Virus record (IMG/VR): IMGVR_UViG_3300009146_000001 | Coordinates: 12,046 to 76,045 of that record | Strand: one strand, 5' to 3' | DNA length: 64,000 bases | Origin: a virus | Shown here: piece after piece, positions 28,424 through 36,463 of the stretch | Position numbering within the stretch: position 1 is the first letter of the stretch | Layout: every line of letters starts with the position of its first letter | Position numbers and translations under genes: made by a program | Notes under the pieces: generated by a model | Database searches by the model: none | What the model was told of the DNA's origin: nothing | The model's input: only the letters and a program-made list of their open reading frames with translations

Positions 28424-28999
28424 TTACTGCTTGATGACTTCGAACTTCTCGGTACGGACGGTGCCGGTGACCTGCTCGGTGACACAGTCCAAGGTCTTCC
28501 GGATACGCAAAGTCTCGTAGACTCGCGGAGTAATCACTGCCGTTGCGGTCTGGCGCGTCAGCGGAATGTCGATCACGACATCGCTCTCGCCCCACTGGGT
28601 CGTCGGTGCCCCGGAGCCGGGAATACGTTCCACAACGTAGTCTTCCCGGCAGACCTCGATGGGAACGGACTTCTGCTCGGAGACGACGTACTTCCGGATC
28701 CGGACCGATCCATTCGAGACCGTCTTCTTGTCGACAGTCAGATCCTCGGCCTTGAGTTCCAGAGTCTCCCCGGCGACCAGATTGGTCACGGTTTCCACGG
28801 GGTGGCTTTGGGGAACGGGCGGAGAATACAACGGCAGGGGCGTGTTGAGGACGGAATCGCGGTCCCGCCCCTTTGTGCCTCCCCGGTGCTCAGAACACTC
28901 CAGCGGAGTCGTGGTGCGTTTGTGGCAGTGTTCCCGGTCATAGGTTCGACACCCGGCGGACAGGGAAGCGATGGCGAGGAGCAATAGGAGTTGCTTCAT
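28424..28999 (-). CDS. YsnF/AvaK (DUF2382) domain lipoprotein
   Basis: Lipobox LSAGC; LKAEDLTVDK...GSVRIRKYVVSEQKSVPIEV.REDYVVER. Confidence 0.8.
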   Translation of the reverse strand: MKQLLLLLAIASLSAGCRTYDREHCHKRTTTPLECSEHRGGTKGRDRDSVLNTPLPLYSPPVPQSHPVETVTNLVAGETLELKAEDLTVDKKTVSNGSVRIRKYVVSEQKSVPIEVCREDYVVERIPGSGAPTTQWGESDVVIDIPLTRQTATAVITPRVYETLRIRKTLDCVTEQVTGTVRTEKFEVIKQ

Positions 29000-29301
29000 A
29001 GGAAGGAAGGGTAGCTTTTCCCCCTGCGTGCGGCCAGTTCGCTTATGCACTGACGGATGCTGAGGAGGGTGCACTGGTTGGACGGGTGAAGCATCCTGAA
29101 TTCCCCGGAGCGCAGGAGGCGAATGCCTCCACCCTCCGTGAAGGCAAGGAAGGTGCCGCACTCCCTGCAAACCGTGAGATCACCCGTCTTCGGCGCGCAG
29201 ACCTCGCCCGGAGTGGCGTTGGTTGCCGCGCTGAGTTTCGCGTGGCAGACCGGGCAGGCGAAGGGATCAAGCAGGTGGGTGTTCACGGTGTTTCCTCGCA
29301 A
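28996..29301 (-). CDS. Zn-ribbon protein
   Basis: CPVC...GDLTVCREC. Confidence 0.6.
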   Translation of the reverse strand: MRGNTVNTHLLDPFACPVCHAKLSAATNATPGEVCAPKTGDLTVCRECGTFLAFTEGGGIRLLRSGEFRMLHPSNQCTLLSIRQCISELAARRGKSYPSFL

Positions 29302-29449
29302 TCTCCAGTTCCATGTACCGCTTCAGTTCCTCCCACTGCGGGATGCTTAAGGTGATGGTGTCGACGCCATACTCGTTCGCGGCCGTGACTTGAAGGAAGA
29401 ACCCGTCGAATTCGGCGGTGATGTTCCCGCCAAGGAATGTCTCGGTCAT
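29267..29449 (-). CDS. Hypothetical protein
   Basis: 60-aa coupled ORF. Confidence 0.6.
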   Translation of the reverse strand: MTETFLGGNITAEFDGFFLQVTAANEYGVDTITLSIPQWEELKRYMELEIARKHREHPPA

Positions 29450-29712
29450 GGCTCGGCCTTCGTCTGGTAGATATCCGGGATTGTCGCATGTGCCATAAGC
29501 TCTAGGCAGATGGCGTGGTGAACCTCCGGGCCGCCGGGCACCATCGTCAGCTTCTCCATGTTCGACGGGATGTAATCCTCGCCGAAGAGTTCCCAGACGA
29601 TGGTCTTCATCGGCCCGGTCTCGGCACTGCGCTCGGGCCGCTCCTCGATGGTCGAGACCTTGAAGACCCGGTGCCCGCAGAACACCTTCGAGATCCAGAT
29701 TGATTCAGTCAT
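29446..29712 (-). CDS. Hypothetical protein
   Basis: ATGA-coupled ORF MTESIWISK... Confidence 0.55.
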   Translation of the reverse strand: MTESIWISKVFCGHRVFKVSTIEERPERSAETGPMKTIVWELFGEDYIPSNMEKLTMVPGGPEVHHAICLELMAHATIPDIYQTKAEP

Positions 29713-30029
29713 GGCGGGAAGGCCGGGATCGGCGGTGGCTTTGGCTTTGTCATCGGCGGGATTGTTGTCGGGACGAAGGCGTTGACGTCCCACGCGATGG
29801 CGTCCTCGCCGGTTACCGTGCAGGTGCGGACGCCGGTGTTGTAGACGCAGCCGATGCGTTCGAGTTCACTGCAACGCTTCCACATTCCGGCCGTGCGCGT
29901 GTTGCGTTCGAGTTCCTTCCCGGTGAGCGGGCCATTCAGGAAGAGTTCCCGGTACGCCTCCCACCTCCGTTGCGACAGGATGCCGGAGGATTCGATCCGG
30001 TGGTATGCGTCGATGGATGTCTGACGCAT
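29709..30029 (-). CDS. Winged-helix-like hypothetical protein
   Basis: TSIDAY...GPLTGKEL...KRCSELERIG. Confidence 0.65.
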   Translation of the reverse strand: MRQTSIDAYHRIESSGILSQRRWEAYRELFLNGPLTGKELERNTRTAGMWKRCSELERIGCVYNTGVRTCTVTGEDAIAWDVNAFVPTTIPPMTKPKPPPIPAFPP

Positions 30030-30053
30030 GGCCTTAAAACTTCACCATTGGCT

Positions 30054-30467
30054 CTAGGACGAGGTTTTCGCCTGTTCCTGCTGCTGTTTAGCCAAGGCAC
30101 CCTCCAAGGCTGACTTGAGGGAATCCAGAAGATGGCTGGGGCCAGTCTTGCATTCCTCGATCCGGAGAACCCAGCGGCTGTAGCCGCACTCGAAGGTGAT
30201 CGACTCCGCCTTGATCGAGGTGGTGCTGATCAGGGGATCGCGTTCAATGTTCGAGGCGATGATGCCGAGGACGAAGGAGCGGTTGGCGAGGGCGCGGGCC
30301 TCGTCATGGGTCATCATCTTCTCGGGCGGCTTCTCCGTCTTGCGATTGGGATCATCGGGGACTTTGTCCTTCATCTGGCCGTAGTCTTTGTCGGCTGCTT
30401 CGTCGGTGGGGGTGTTCATGGGTTTGATCATCTCTGCGATGCGCTCTTTGTACTCTTCGAGGGTCAT
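30054..30467 (-). CDS. Hypothetical protein
   Basis: 137-aa coupled ORF. Confidence 0.55.
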   Translation of the reverse strand: MTLEEYKERIAEMIKPMNTPTDEAADKDYGQMKDKVPDDPNRKTEKPPEKMMTHDEARALANRSFVLGIIASNIERDPLISTTSIKAESITFECGYSRWVLRIEECKTGPSHLLDSLKSALEGALAKQQQEQAKTSS

Positions 30468-31021
30468 GGCTTGGGTTCGTTCCGCGCTATGGCGGCATTG
30501 GCCATCATCATGGCGTGGTCGAGGTGGGTGAGGCAGGTGTTGCGTTCACGGCTGTCCGGGGCATTCGAGCAGATGAGGACGGCGACCTTGAAGATTTCAT
30601 CCCGGATCCTGCCATAGCGTTCGGGCTGGTCGCCGTGGGGAGCGTGGTACATGAAGCGGCTGACGAGGTCGGCTTTGAGTTTCTCCCCGATGGCGTACTT
30701 CGGCATGGTCAGGACCGGGGGAGTAACGACGGGCTCGGGCGGGATTTTGATCGGGGGGATTCCGGCGGCCAGCATCTGGCCTGCACCCATCCAAGTCCCG
30801 CCGGTCATGGTGCAGGCTCCGGGGGTGGAGCCGATGGTGGGGACGTACTGGTAATCCCGCCCAATGTAGCCTGATTCGTCCAGCTTGCCGTAGAGGCAGG
30901 AATGCCCGGTGAAGTCGCCGGTGGGTGTTCCGTCGCGGAGGAGGACGTAGTGGCTGCCGGTGGTGTCGTAGGTGAATTCCGGCCAGCCGGACTTGGTCGT
31001 CGAAGGAGGGAAATTTGACAT
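30464..31021 (-). CDS. Protein with a C-terminal Acb2/Tad1-like helical hairpin domain
   Basis: RFMYHAPHGDQPERYGRIR...PDSRERNTCLTHLDHAMMMANAAIARN. Confidence 0.6.
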   Translation of the reverse strand: MSNFPPSTTKSGWPEFTYDTTGSHYVLLRDGTPTGDFTGHSCLYGKLDESGYIGRDYQYVPTIGSTPGACTMTGGTWMGAGQMLAAGIPPIKIPPEPVVTPPVLTMPKYAIGEKLKADLVSRFMYHAPHGDQPERYGRIRDEIFKVAVLICSNAPDSRERNTCLTHLDHAMMMANAAIARNEPKP

Positions 31022-31052
31022 CGAGACGTATAGTGTGGATTGTCACACTACT

Positions 31053-31502
31053 ATGGCAAGCAGGAAAGTACATCCGTCCTTGGCGGGGTTGCAGATTCTG
31101 GGCCGGGCTCGGGATGTGACCTTGGATCCGGGGCCGACGCCTCAGGAGCGGCTCAGGGCCTTGAATGCCAAGATCGAGGCCAAGCAGGCGGAGAAGCTGA
31201 AAGCCTCGGAGGAACTTGGGCGGAAGTGGGCGGCAAATGCGGCCAAGTCCAAGGCGCGGATGGCGGAGCTGGAGCGGGAGTCGGCGGCGAAGCAGGCGGC
31301 CTTTGATCTGGACCGGAAGCGGCGGCCTTGGCGGTACTGGTTTCCCCCCGGCGGTGGTGGCGGTAGTGGTCCTTCCACCCAGTGGCCCCTCCAGCTTGCC
31401 ATCCTGCTCAGTCTTTCCCTCTACGGGCTGGGTGCCCTCTTCCTCGTCATCAAGCTGGCCGGGAAGGTCTTCGGCTTGGATCTGCCCCTGTACCTTCAGT
31501 AG
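31053..31502 (+). CDS. Coiled-coil protein with a C-terminal TM helix
   Basis: MASRK start; TTGACA at 31015; hydrophobic C-terminus. Confidence 0.55.
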   Translation: MASRKVHPSLAGLQILGRARDVTLDPGPTPQERLRALNAKIEAKQAEKLKASEELGRKWAANAAKSKARMAELERESAAKQAAFDLDRKRRPWRYWFPPGGGGGSGPSTQWPLQLAILLSLSLYGLGALFLVIKLAGKVFGLDLPLYLQ

Positions 31503-31504
31503 GG

Positions 31505-31908
31505 GGACGATTAATCGGCCGTTCAGGACACGACGGCAAGGGACAGTCCACCCCGGTCAGGGTGAACTGCCCCCGGAACGAAGAATCGTCCGCTTCAGGT
31601 ATCAGGCTTTAGGTGCAGTGCGGGGTTAACCGCGCAGGAACCACTTCAGTTCGAAGAGGCCGGGGTCATGCTGTCGGCCGTTCCTGTCCACTGGGATCAT
31701 GACGGTGCCGGGCCGCTACCCGGTATCCTCCTGCCGCGCTTCGCGGTCCTCGCGGACGCGCAGGTTTTTGTTGGGTTCCCCGGCACGGAGCATTACCGAT
31801 TGGGGAGAACATAAAGTTGGGGTTGACTGTCCCGCCAAAGTCCGGCAAATTGAGGCCGTTATTACGTTGTTGGCCCACTGGTAAGCCGAAAGGCCCCAGT
31901 GGGTCAAC
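31505..31908. ncRNA. Candidate large structured RNA
   Basis: Long intergenic stretch with many helices, e.g. 31505-12/31584-91, 31540-54/31819-33, 31705-12/31778-85, and a terminal hairpin with a GAAA tetraloop. Confidence 0.35.
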
Positions 31909-32267
31909 TCGTTTCTACGGATAGCTTCCTTCCCCCCTTCCCACTCCCCCAGTCATACGTTCCTACCCGGCTTCGAGGCAAAGTACCCCCCGGTGACCCT
32001 CGTCACCCCCGCTTTATATTAGGCCAGAGAAGGGCGACATACCCCCAAACCCCCTTAAGCCAGAGGGGCTTGCGACCCGACCCGCCCCGTCAAAAGCCAT
32101 GGTCTGAATTATTGCGCACAACAAGCATTATATTCACTTCCTTAGCGGTTTTTCCGCTAGCGGGGAGTGGAAAGCATGAGCCGGAATTGTAGGGGTGACT
32201 TGCCATAGTGGGGGAACCTCACAACGAGGCAACCCTGACACAATCAAACCTAGATAGACTGGAAATT

Positions 32268-33020
32268 ATGAAGGAAGCAAAGTCGAAGAACGCCACTAAG
32301 GCGAACGTCGAAATCATTCAACCGGCAACTGAGCCCACCGTCATTCCGGCAACTGAGCCCACCGTAGAGATTGGCCCGTTGCCCCTTGTTGGCGGCGAAT
32401 ATTCACCCGAAACGTCGAAAGACTTTTCGCTGGATATCACCTACACGGAAGGAACCGTATCGGATTTTGCCGCGCAATCGGAAAACCAATTGGCTGCACT
32501 GGAAAACCTTAAGACGGCCGTTAAGGGCATGGCGAATGGTCGCATTGCTATCATCGCGGCAGTTAAGGCTGCACTGGCAACAGGCTGTCCTGTCGCAATC
32601 GTGCGGCATACGTTCGTAGAGTGCTGGATTGCGAATGGGGGAACAAAAACCTACGCGAACGAAATCATGTTAGGTTGCGGGATTCGTTTGCGCGCCGTGC
32701 GCAAGGACGCTGGCAAGTCCAAGGGGACAACGCCTGCAACGCCTAATCCCGCAACGCCGGGACAGCCTGCAACGCCTCAGACGCCTGCAACGCCGGGACA
32801 GCCTGCTAGCGGAAATGCCGCTAGCGTGGAAACGCCGGTTGCCGGGACGGCAACGGTGGAAACGCCAGTCCCGACAGTCAACCTTGAAACGGTCAAGGAT
32901 TTGACTCCTGAGGAAATTGGCAAGGCAATCGGTGCCTCTATCCTTGCGCAGTATGGCAAGGACAAGGCTAAGGAAGTTGCCCGTCACGTCATGGCAACGA
33001 TTCATCAGGCATCAGCCTGA
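32268..33020 (+). CDS. First gene of the putative early region; PATP/PATE repeats
   Basis: 250 aa; atypical A/T-ending codons; internal tandem repeats; followed by a terminator. Confidence 0.75.
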   Translation: MKEAKSKNATKANVEIIQPATEPTVIPATEPTVEIGPLPLVGGEYSPETSKDFSLDITYTEGTVSDFAAQSENQLAALENLKTAVKGMANGRIAIIAAVKAALATGCPVAIVRHTFVECWIANGGTKTYANEIMLGCGIRLRAVRKDAGKSKGTTPATPNPATPGQPATPQTPATPGQPASGNAASVETPVAGTATVETPVPTVNLETVKDLTPEEIGKAIGASILAQYGKDKAKEVARHVMATIHQASA

Positions 33021-33027
33021 CAACGAA

Positions 33028-33058
33028 GAGATCACTCGCGAGAGTGGTCTCTTTTTTT
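33028..33058 (+). terminator. Intrinsic terminator
   Basis: GAGATCACTC-GCGA-GAGTGGTCTC followed by T7. Confidence 0.85.
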
Positions 33059-33295
33059 GTGCCCTTATCCGGCATGGTCCCGCGACCCCGGTGCCGCCAG
33101 CATCCTGCCCCATCGGGGCATGGGGGCGGTGCGCGATAGCCGGGCCGCACACGCGGGATTGGGGGCGGTGCGGAATTCTAGGGGTGACTTGCATATATGT
33201 GGAGACGCTCACCGATATGTTTCGGCGGGGCGAACCACTAAACCTTAGCGGAAATTCCGCTAGCAAACACAACTGACAGGAAGAAAGCAGAACAT

Positions 33296-33511
33296 ATGGC
33301 AGCAATCGTAGCAGCACTGATCGGTAAGTTCGTTACCGTCAAGACCGCAGGCAACACGTCGATCTTCGGCAGCCTCAAGGAACTCCCCGATAACGGAGGC
33401 TTCGAGATCTGGTCGAACCCGGCAATGAGCACAAGCTTCGGCTTGCGCTTCGGGGTCAAGGCCATCGCCACGGTCACGGCCGGGGAAACCATCGTCATCA
33501 ACCTCAAGTAA
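33296..33511 (+). CDS. Small early protein
   Basis: 71 aa, directly after a leader cassette. Confidence 0.7.
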   Translation: MAAIVAALIGKFVTVKTAGNTSIFGSLKELPDNGGFEIWSNPAMSTSFGLRFGVKAIATVTAGETIVINLK

Positions 33512-33665
33512 CTGACCATGGACGGGCAAGACGCGGAACACGCCGCCTTCATCGAAGGCATCATCGTCATCGAACTCCTCATCGCACTCGGCGAGATGCC
33601 TCCCACACGGGAGCGCGTCTCGGAGGAGGATCTCTCGATCTCAATAGCAGAATAACCGCTAACAT

Positions 33666-33881
33666 ATGAAGCAAATCCTGATCGTCATCCTCTCCGTGCT
33701 GTGCCTCCTCGGGTGCCGCACGCGACAGCCGCAGCCGACACCGGCCGCGCTCTACGCCGAACTCGTCCGCGTCTACGGTGCGGCCGACGCTGCCTCCATC
33801 TGGGAGGAACGCGGCTTCGCTCCGGTTCATCCCCGTGACTGGGGCGACGTGACCGGGAAGACCGGCACAATCTCGGACTGA
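33666..33881 (+). CDS. Small lipoprotein
   Basis: Signal peptide with lipobox LLGC; a palindrome copy ends 3 nt before the ATG. Confidence 0.65.
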   Translation: MKQILIVILSVLCLLGCRTRQPQPTPAALYAELVRVYGAADAASIWEERGFAPVHPRDWGDVTGKTGTISD

Positions 33882-34059
33882 ACCTTATGTATAAAACCAC
33901 TGTCATCATAAGCACGGAGTTCAACGCGGCGGAGTTCACGCTGGATGAACTGGTGCATCATGTGAACATCAATGGCGCGCAGCTCCTCTCGATGACCACC
34001 GAGAGCGACCGACCACCGGAATCCTATCCGCCTATGTCGGAGCCGAACGACTGAACCAG

Positions 34060-34091
34060 CCCAGCCTCCTTCACCGGGGGCTGGGTTTTTT
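34060..34091 (+). terminator. Intrinsic terminator
   Basis: CCCAGCCTCC/GGGGGCTGGG stem followed by T6. Confidence 0.8.
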
Positions 34092-34216
34092 CGTGCCCAA
34101 ATCTAGGGGTGACTTGCAATGGTAGATGGGACTCGCTCGGGATTGATTCCGCAGGCGACCAGCCCGAAATGACAGCAACCAATAGCGGAAATTCTGCTAG
34201 CAGATGACAGGAACAT

Positions 34217-35101
34217 ATGGACATCAACGGTAACATCATCGCCGGTCTACTCACCGGCCGGGTCGAATGCACCTTGGGGTGCGGCCAATCCAAGAAGCTG
34301 AAGGAAGCATCGCGGGATGCATCGGTCAGCCTCGGCGCGGTCGATCCCTTCGGCAAGCCGAACGGAAGCGTCGACGTCAGCGCCAAGCTCTGGAACACAG
34401 CGCCGAGGGTGAAGCGCCTGATCCTCGACATGGCGAACATCAGGCCAGCGGCTCAGGACATGGCTCTCCCGTGGGTGGAGAAGGCCATCATCTTCCGGGT
34501 CGCAAGGGCGCAGGAGATCAAGCGCAGGGTCGACGCGCTGATGGACGGGCTCACGCCTCGGATCGACGACATCGAACTCAACTTCGACGAGGAAGTGCGT
34601 GCCGCAATGGCCGGGTATCCGGGCGGGGCGGAGCGGGATTTCTACCCGTTAGACGGGCAGGATTTCCGCAGCGGCATCGTCCGCAAGTTCGTGGTGTCGG
34701 CGGTGCCGTCGTCGTCGGCGATCATCCAGCTCCTCGGGGAGGACGTGGGCACCAGCCTTGCAGCGGAGCGCGAGGATGACATGCGCCAGAACCTCGCCAA
34801 GTCGCAGGCCGTGGTCGTGGCCCGGCTGCACGCGGCGATGGAGCGCATCGTCGCAGCCTGCGATCCCGGCAAAGACCGGGTCAGGATCACGCAAGGTCTG
34901 CTCGGTGACATGAATGAGTTGATGGATACGGTTCCCAACTTGTTGCTCATCCCCGATCCCAAGATCGAGGACTTGGCCAGCGATATCCGGCTGGCGTTCT
35001 CGGGGATATCCCGAGAGGACTTGGCGGAAGACAAGGGGGCACGGGCCTCCGCCCACACACTGGCGAAATCCTTCGCCTCAACCCTCGCCGCCATAATCTA
35101 G
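34217..35101 (+). CDS. DUF3150-like protein
   Basis: Helical 294-aa protein (LPW...FYP...PNLLLIPDP) immediately upstream of the AAA+/VWA pair, the usual context of this family. Confidence 0.55.
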   Translation: MDINGNIIAGLLTGRVECTLGCGQSKKLKEASRDASVSLGAVDPFGKPNGSVDVSAKLWNTAPRVKRLILDMANIRPAAQDMALPWVEKAIIFRVARAQEIKRRVDALMDGLTPRIDDIELNFDEEVRAAMAGYPGGAERDFYPLDGQDFRSGIVRKFVVSAVPSSSAIIQLLGEDVGTSLAAEREDDMRQNLAKSQAVVVARLHAAMERIVAACDPGKDRVRITQGLLGDMNELMDTVPNLLLIPDPKIEDLASDIRLAFSGISREDLAEDKGARASAHTLAKSFASTLAAII

Positions 35102-35245
35102 GGGTGGGTTGCATAGGTAGTAACCGATAGAGCGTGGCCCAAGGGACGGTTCCCTTGGTTCCCACTCTGACGGTAACCAATCCTTCAGACGCTAACGGAA
35201 ATTCCGCTAGTGCAACTGACACACACTGACGGGAAAGCATTTGGT

Positions 35246-36346
35246 ATGATATTCGAAGTTAACTACGCGGAGTTGGGTGACCACATCGACAACAGCATCG
35301 ACAGCGGCATGGCCGCAGCGGTCATCAGCCACCCCGGTGTCGGCAAGACCACGTTCATCAAGGCCGTGGCCAACAAGCGCAACATCGCCATGGGTGGCAA
35401 GCGCATCGGCGACACCTTCGGGCGGCGGGAGATGCTCGGCTTCCTCTATGAGCCGGTCGACTTCCGGGGACTCATGGTTCCGCAGCAGGATGGCAGCACC
35501 AAGGTGTTCCCCTTGGACAAGTGGCCGTTCGAATCCTTGGTGCAGAAGGGACTCATCCCTGAGCACGGCGTGTTCGTTCTCGACGACATGCTCAACGCAC
35601 CTCGCTCGGTGCTGGATGCATTCGCCGAGCCCTTGTGCGAGCACACGGTCAACGGGGAAAGGTTGGCTCCCGGCTGGACGATCATCGCAACCGGGAACCA
35701 TATCGGTGGAGGCAGCTCGGCCAAGCCGATGCCCAACCACGTCACGAACCGGCTCGCAATCCTTGCGCTCAAGCCGGACTGGGAATCATGGGCTAGCTGG
35801 GCCGTCGGCAATATCGCGCCGGAGTTGCTGGGGTATTTCGAACTCCAGAAGGGGGCGGACCTCTTCGCATACGACCCCAAGCTGCGCGCTGAGCGGCCGA
35901 ACGAGCCGTACCTCACGCCGAGATCATGCGAGCACCTGTCTCGACGCATCGAGGCGTGGCGTGCGAACCGGGGCGACAAGCCGCCGATGCATTTGTATGC
36001 ATCCGTGGTCGGTGACTACGGAGCCAAGCTCTGGGCCACGCTGGATTACATTCACGAGCTTGCACCTTGGGAAGAGGTGCTCGCGGATCACAAGGCAGCG
36101 CGTCTGCCGGTGTCCGCCGGGGCGAAGTTCGCCCAGATCAGCATCCTCTTGGGAGGCTTGCAGCAGAACTGCCCGGAAGGGATGAGCATCCCGCGTCCCA
36201 TCGCCGCAGCGGTGGGCGGGTACATGAACCGCCTGCCCAACGAGGTGCAGGCCGTCGCCCATAACCGGGCGATGAGGCTGCGCAAGGAGTGGAGCCGGAC
36301 GGACGAGTGCACGAAGTGGTTCGTGAAGAACCAATCGGAAATCTAG
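35246..36346 (+). CDS. MoxR/AAA_5-like AAA+ ATPase
   Basis: HPGVGKT (Walker A), FVLDD (Walker B), IIATGN, NRL, TPRS. Confidence 0.85.
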   Translation: MIFEVNYAELGDHIDNSIDSGMAAAVISHPGVGKTTFIKAVANKRNIAMGGKRIGDTFGRREMLGFLYEPVDFRGLMVPQQDGSTKVFPLDKWPFESLVQKGLIPEHGVFVLDDMLNAPRSVLDAFAEPLCEHTVNGERLAPGWTIIATGNHIGGGSSAKPMPNHVTNRLAILALKPDWESWASWAVGNIAPELLGYFELQKGADLFAYDPKLRAERPNEPYLTPRSCEHLSRRIEAWRANRGDKPPMHLYASVVGDYGAKLWATLDYIHELAPWEEVLADHKAARLPVSAGAKFAQISILLGGLQQNCPEGMSIPRPIAAAVGGYMNRLPNEVQAVAHNRAMRLRKEWSRTDECTKWFVKNQSEI

Positions 36347-36463
36347 GGGTGAGTTACACCTATGGAGCGGGCGATCAGCGTCTGCTCCATACGTGTGTCT
36401 CAACACTGAGATACTGCTAACGGAAATTCCGCTAGCGAACCAACCAAGAAAGGGAACTGACGG

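Larger units (their letters stand above)
5837..31048. promoter_or_regulatory. Dispersed operator-like palindrome GTGYGG-N4-YCRCAC
   Basis: Starts at 5837, 7268, 17503, 24436 and 31033, with a weaker copy at 10891; all near gene starts. Confidence 0.7.

Noticed and set aside
33178-33193. Sigma54 promoter reading of CTAGGGGTGACTTGCA
   Set aside because: GG-to-GC spacing is 8 nt rather than 10, and there is no TGGCAC.
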